Assembly (NCBI GenBank): GCA_000175855.1
Contig: ACYB01000015.1
Span: 134 to 12,258, forward strand
Length of the DNA: 12,125 nt
Reading direction: 5' to 3'
Source of the DNA: Raphidiopsis brookii D9
Lineage (GTDB): Bacteria; Cyanobacteriota; Cyanobacteriia; Cyanobacteriales; Nostocaceae
The notes below the pieces were generated by a model. That model did not search any database and was not told the DNA's origin. It saw nothing but the letters and a program-made list of their open reading frames with translations. A program made the translations under genes and the position numbers. Shown one piece after another: positions 10,090-12,125 of the stretch (position 1 is the first letter of the stretch; every line of letters begins with the position of its first letter).

Positions 10090-10493
10090 CGAACAGGAGG
10101 TTGCCCCGTATTCAGTGTCGCTGATTTGTATTGTCTGAAGTTGCTTTTACGTTAAGTTGATGCAGATCAATTAATACGATACCTGCGTCATAATTGATTA
10201 TTTGACGTGGTTTGATGGCCTCCACGCACGTTGTGATATGTAGATGATAATCATTATCACTTTACGGGTCCTTTCCGGTGATCCGACAGGTTACGGGGCG
10301 GCGACCTCGCGGGTTTTCGCTATTTATGAAAATTTTCCGGTTTAAGGCGTTTCCGTTCTTCTTCGTCATAACTTAATGTTTTTATTTAAAATACCCTCTG
10401 AAAAGAAAGGAAACGACAGGTGCTGAAAGCGAGCTTTTTGGCCTCTGTCGTTTCCTTTCTCTGTTTTTGTCCGTGGAATGAACAATGGAAGTC
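10090..10493. other. Bacteriophage lambda cos fragment (packaging site)
   Basis: The cosN cohesive-end sequence GGGCGGCGACCT lies at 10296..10307. It is flanked by lambda right-end sequence (...atccgacaggttacg) and left-end sequence (cgcgggttttcgctatttatgaaaatttt...) running up to the first codons of nu1 (atggaagtc). SacI linkers bound the fragment. Confidence 0.85.
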
Positions 10494-10507
10494 CGAGCTC
10501 ATCGCTA

Positions 10508-10541
10508 ATAACTTCGTATAGCATACATTATACGAAGTTAT
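10508..10541 (+). other. loxP site
   Basis: Exact 34-bp ATAACTTCGTATAGCATACATTATACGAAGTTAT. Confidence 0.97.
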
Positions 10542-10707
10542 ATTCGATGCGGCCGCAAGGGGTTCGCGTCAGCGGGTGTTGGCGGGTGTCGGGGCTGGCT
10601 TAACTATGCGGCATCAGAGCAGATTGTACTGAGAGTGCACCATATGCGGTGTGAAATACCGCACAGATGCGTAAGGAGAAAATACCGCATCAGGCGCCAT
10701 TCGCCAT

Positions 10708-11062
<355 letters not shown>

Positions 11063-11172
11063 TATTGGACTAGTGATTTAAATCTCATCTGGGTTGATGT
11101 CAAGAGAGAGTAAGTAAGCAGCTAATGTTTCCTTTGTATTATAATTTTGAGCTGGGAAGTAGGGAACAGGAC

Positions 11173-11213
11173 GGGCGATCGCGCGTAGGGAGTACTATGC
11201 GATCGCCCTTTTT
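11173..11213 (+). terminator. HIP1-stem hairpin plus T-run: candidate intrinsic terminator for the upstream gene
   Basis: The stem gggcgatcgc (11173..11182) pairs perfectly with gcgatcgccc (11199..11208) across a 16-nt loop. TTTTT follows at 11209..11213. Both arms contain the cyanobacterial HIP1 octamer. Confidence 0.5.
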
Positions 11214-11223
11214 AAAAACTCAC
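11199..11223 (+). repeat. Dispersed HIP1-containing repeat, copy 1
   Basis: The 25-nt gcgatcgccctttttaaaaactcac is identical to 11789..11813. Both copies are preceded by a hairpin with a 16-nt loop containing agtact. Confidence 0.7.
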
Positions 11224-11326
11224 TCCTCAAGAATCACTGCTGCAATAGTTCAGCCATGGATGTGGGCATGGCGATCGCATCTTTATCATCCTTAGATTTT
11301 TCAGGTTTTTAAAAACCTTAGGGAAG

Positions 11327-11439
11327 GTTTTTGATTCAATTAATGTCCCCAGCGAGTGGGAACGCGTCCACCCCAATGTTCACCTTTGTAGAGGTTGAAG
11401 AAAGTTTCCATTCAATTAATGTCCCCAGCGAGTGGGAAC
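11327..11439. CRISPR. Mini CRISPR-like array: two repeats and one 40-nt spacer, with no cas gene in the window
   Basis: Repeat 1 is 11327..11363, gtttttgATTCAATTAATGTCCCCAGCGAGTGGGAAC (37 nt). Repeat 2 is 11404..11439, gtttccATTCAATTAATGTCCCCAGCGAGTGGGAAC (36 nt). They share an identical 30-nt core containing the small hairpin CCCA-gcgag-TGGG. The spacer is 11364..11403, gcgtccaccccaatgttcacctttgtagaggttgaagaaa. On the minus strand the repeat ends ...ATGGAAAC and the divergent end of repeat 1 becomes the 3' end of a terminal repeat. That arrangement favours minus-strand transcription from the AT-rich region at 11440 onward. Confidence 0.45.
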
Positions 11440-11788
11440 TTAACACAGCTACTATTGCCCTATTTTAACACGAAATTTATGGAATTGCAATAAAAATCCA
11501 GCCCTAAATGAAATTCAATTCCATAACCAATCAATATTATAACTCCCGGTTCGCCCATTTTTGCGAGAGTTTTTTCTTTCCTCCCTAGCATTTACCCCAT
11601 CCATTATAATATAAGCAGCTTCAACTTCTCATAAACTAAACAAAAAGCATCTGGCTCCCCTTTTTAAGGGGGTTGAGGGGATCCAAAGAGCTTAAACCTT
11701 ATTATGGGTGTATTTATTTAAAACCTCCAGAACAAGGGAAGAGCATTTACCAAGCACTCGCAGCGCGTTTACGAAGTACTCGCTACGC

Positions 11789-11813
11789 GCGATCGCCCTT
11801 TTTAAAAACTCAC
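11789..11813 (+). repeat. Dispersed HIP1-containing repeat, copy 2
   Basis: Identical 25-mer to 11199..11223. It is preceded by the stem gcgcgt (11763..11768) paired with acgcgc (11785..11790) across a 16-nt loop. Confidence 0.7.
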
Positions 11814-11898
11814 GCCTACGCTCCCATAGCCGGAAACCCCTACCACATATAGCAAAATCCCTAATTGGCAAATTTATTAAAAATTTTGTAAAAAACTC

Positions 11899-11927
11899 TT
11901 TACAAATCTAAATATTTGTCTTAATAT
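11899..11927 (+). promoter_or_regulatory. Candidate sigma70-type psbA promoter
   Basis: TTTACA (11899..11904), 17 nt, then TAATAT (11922..11927). This predicts a 5' UTR of about 60 nt before the psbA ATG. The -35 lies in the right arm of the inverted repeat tttgtaaa-N6-tttacaaa (11885..11906). Confidence 0.4.
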
Positions 11928-11995
11928 AAGTTCATAGGGTAAAAACACCTACCTAAACATACATAAATCTCCGGTTAAACCGCATTTATAAAACC

Positions 11996-12125
11996 ATGAC
12001 CACTGCCATTCAACAGCGCCAAAGCGCTAACCTGTGGGATCGCTTCTGCGAATTCATCACCAGCACCAACAACCGCCTCTATATTGGCTGGTTTGGTGTA
12101 TTAATGATCCCCACCCTACTCGCAG
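11996..12125 (+). CDS. psbA: Photosystem II D1 protein, N-terminal 43 codons (runs off the window)
   Basis: The ATG at 11996 gives [43 protein letters not shown], the highly conserved D1 N-terminus (compare ...ANLWERFC.W.TST.NRLY.GWFGV.MIPTLL). Confidence 0.93.
   Translation, partial: MTTAIQQRQSANLWDRFCEFITSTNNRLYIGWFGVLMIPTLLA

Noticed and set aside
9934-10155. Two overlapping 64-73 aa ORFs
   Set aside because: They lie in non-coding vector and lambda DNA, in the zone with suspected base-call insertions.
11069-11083. Adjacent SpeI (ACTAGT) and SwaI (ATTTAAAT) sites that look like a synthetic linker
   Set aside because: No other polylinker context is present. Both sites are AT-rich and plausible by chance in this AT-rich intergenic DNA.
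11140-11213. A TATAAT hexamer (11140..11145) followed about 30 nt later by the HIP1 hairpin terminator, suggesting a small RNA of roughly 60 nt
   Set aside because: There is no acceptable -35 or extended -10. The hairpin is explained more simply as the terminator of the upstream gene ending at 11062.
11708-11911. 67-aa ORF starting with GTG
   Set aside because: It is basic and low-complexity, runs through the HIP1 repeat element and the predicted psbA promoter, and has no RBS or recognisable motif.

Overview
About two thirds of this window is cloning vector, not native DNA. Positions 2746..10909 (8164 bp) are a CopyControl-type fosmid backbone (pCC1FOS-like). It carries a split lacZ-alpha/MCS with a T7 promoter, Tn9 cat, a truncated F resD, RK2 oriV, F ori2-repE-incC-sopA-sopB-sopC, lambda cos and loxP. 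Junctions have the form BamHI-CAC|insert|GTG-BamHI, matching blunt cloning into a CACGTG site. The two native pieces are therefore opposite ends of one cloned insert and are not genomic neighbours. The left end (1..2745) holds the 3' part of a TonB-dependent receptor gene, a stand-alone ABC/SMC-like ATPase and a convergent small membrane protein. The right end (10910..12125) is cyanobacterial. It holds the AT-rich 3' end of a gene with nonapeptide repeats, HIP1 (GCGATCGC) hairpin elements, a two-repeat/one-spacer CRISPR-like mini-array and the start of psbA (D1). I found no convincing novel multi-gene system. The partition/replication/recombinase/resistance module is the vector. The best native lead is the orphan mini-CRISPR next to psbA. 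The vector's sopA is frame-broken by clustered single-base insertions that look like base-calling error.
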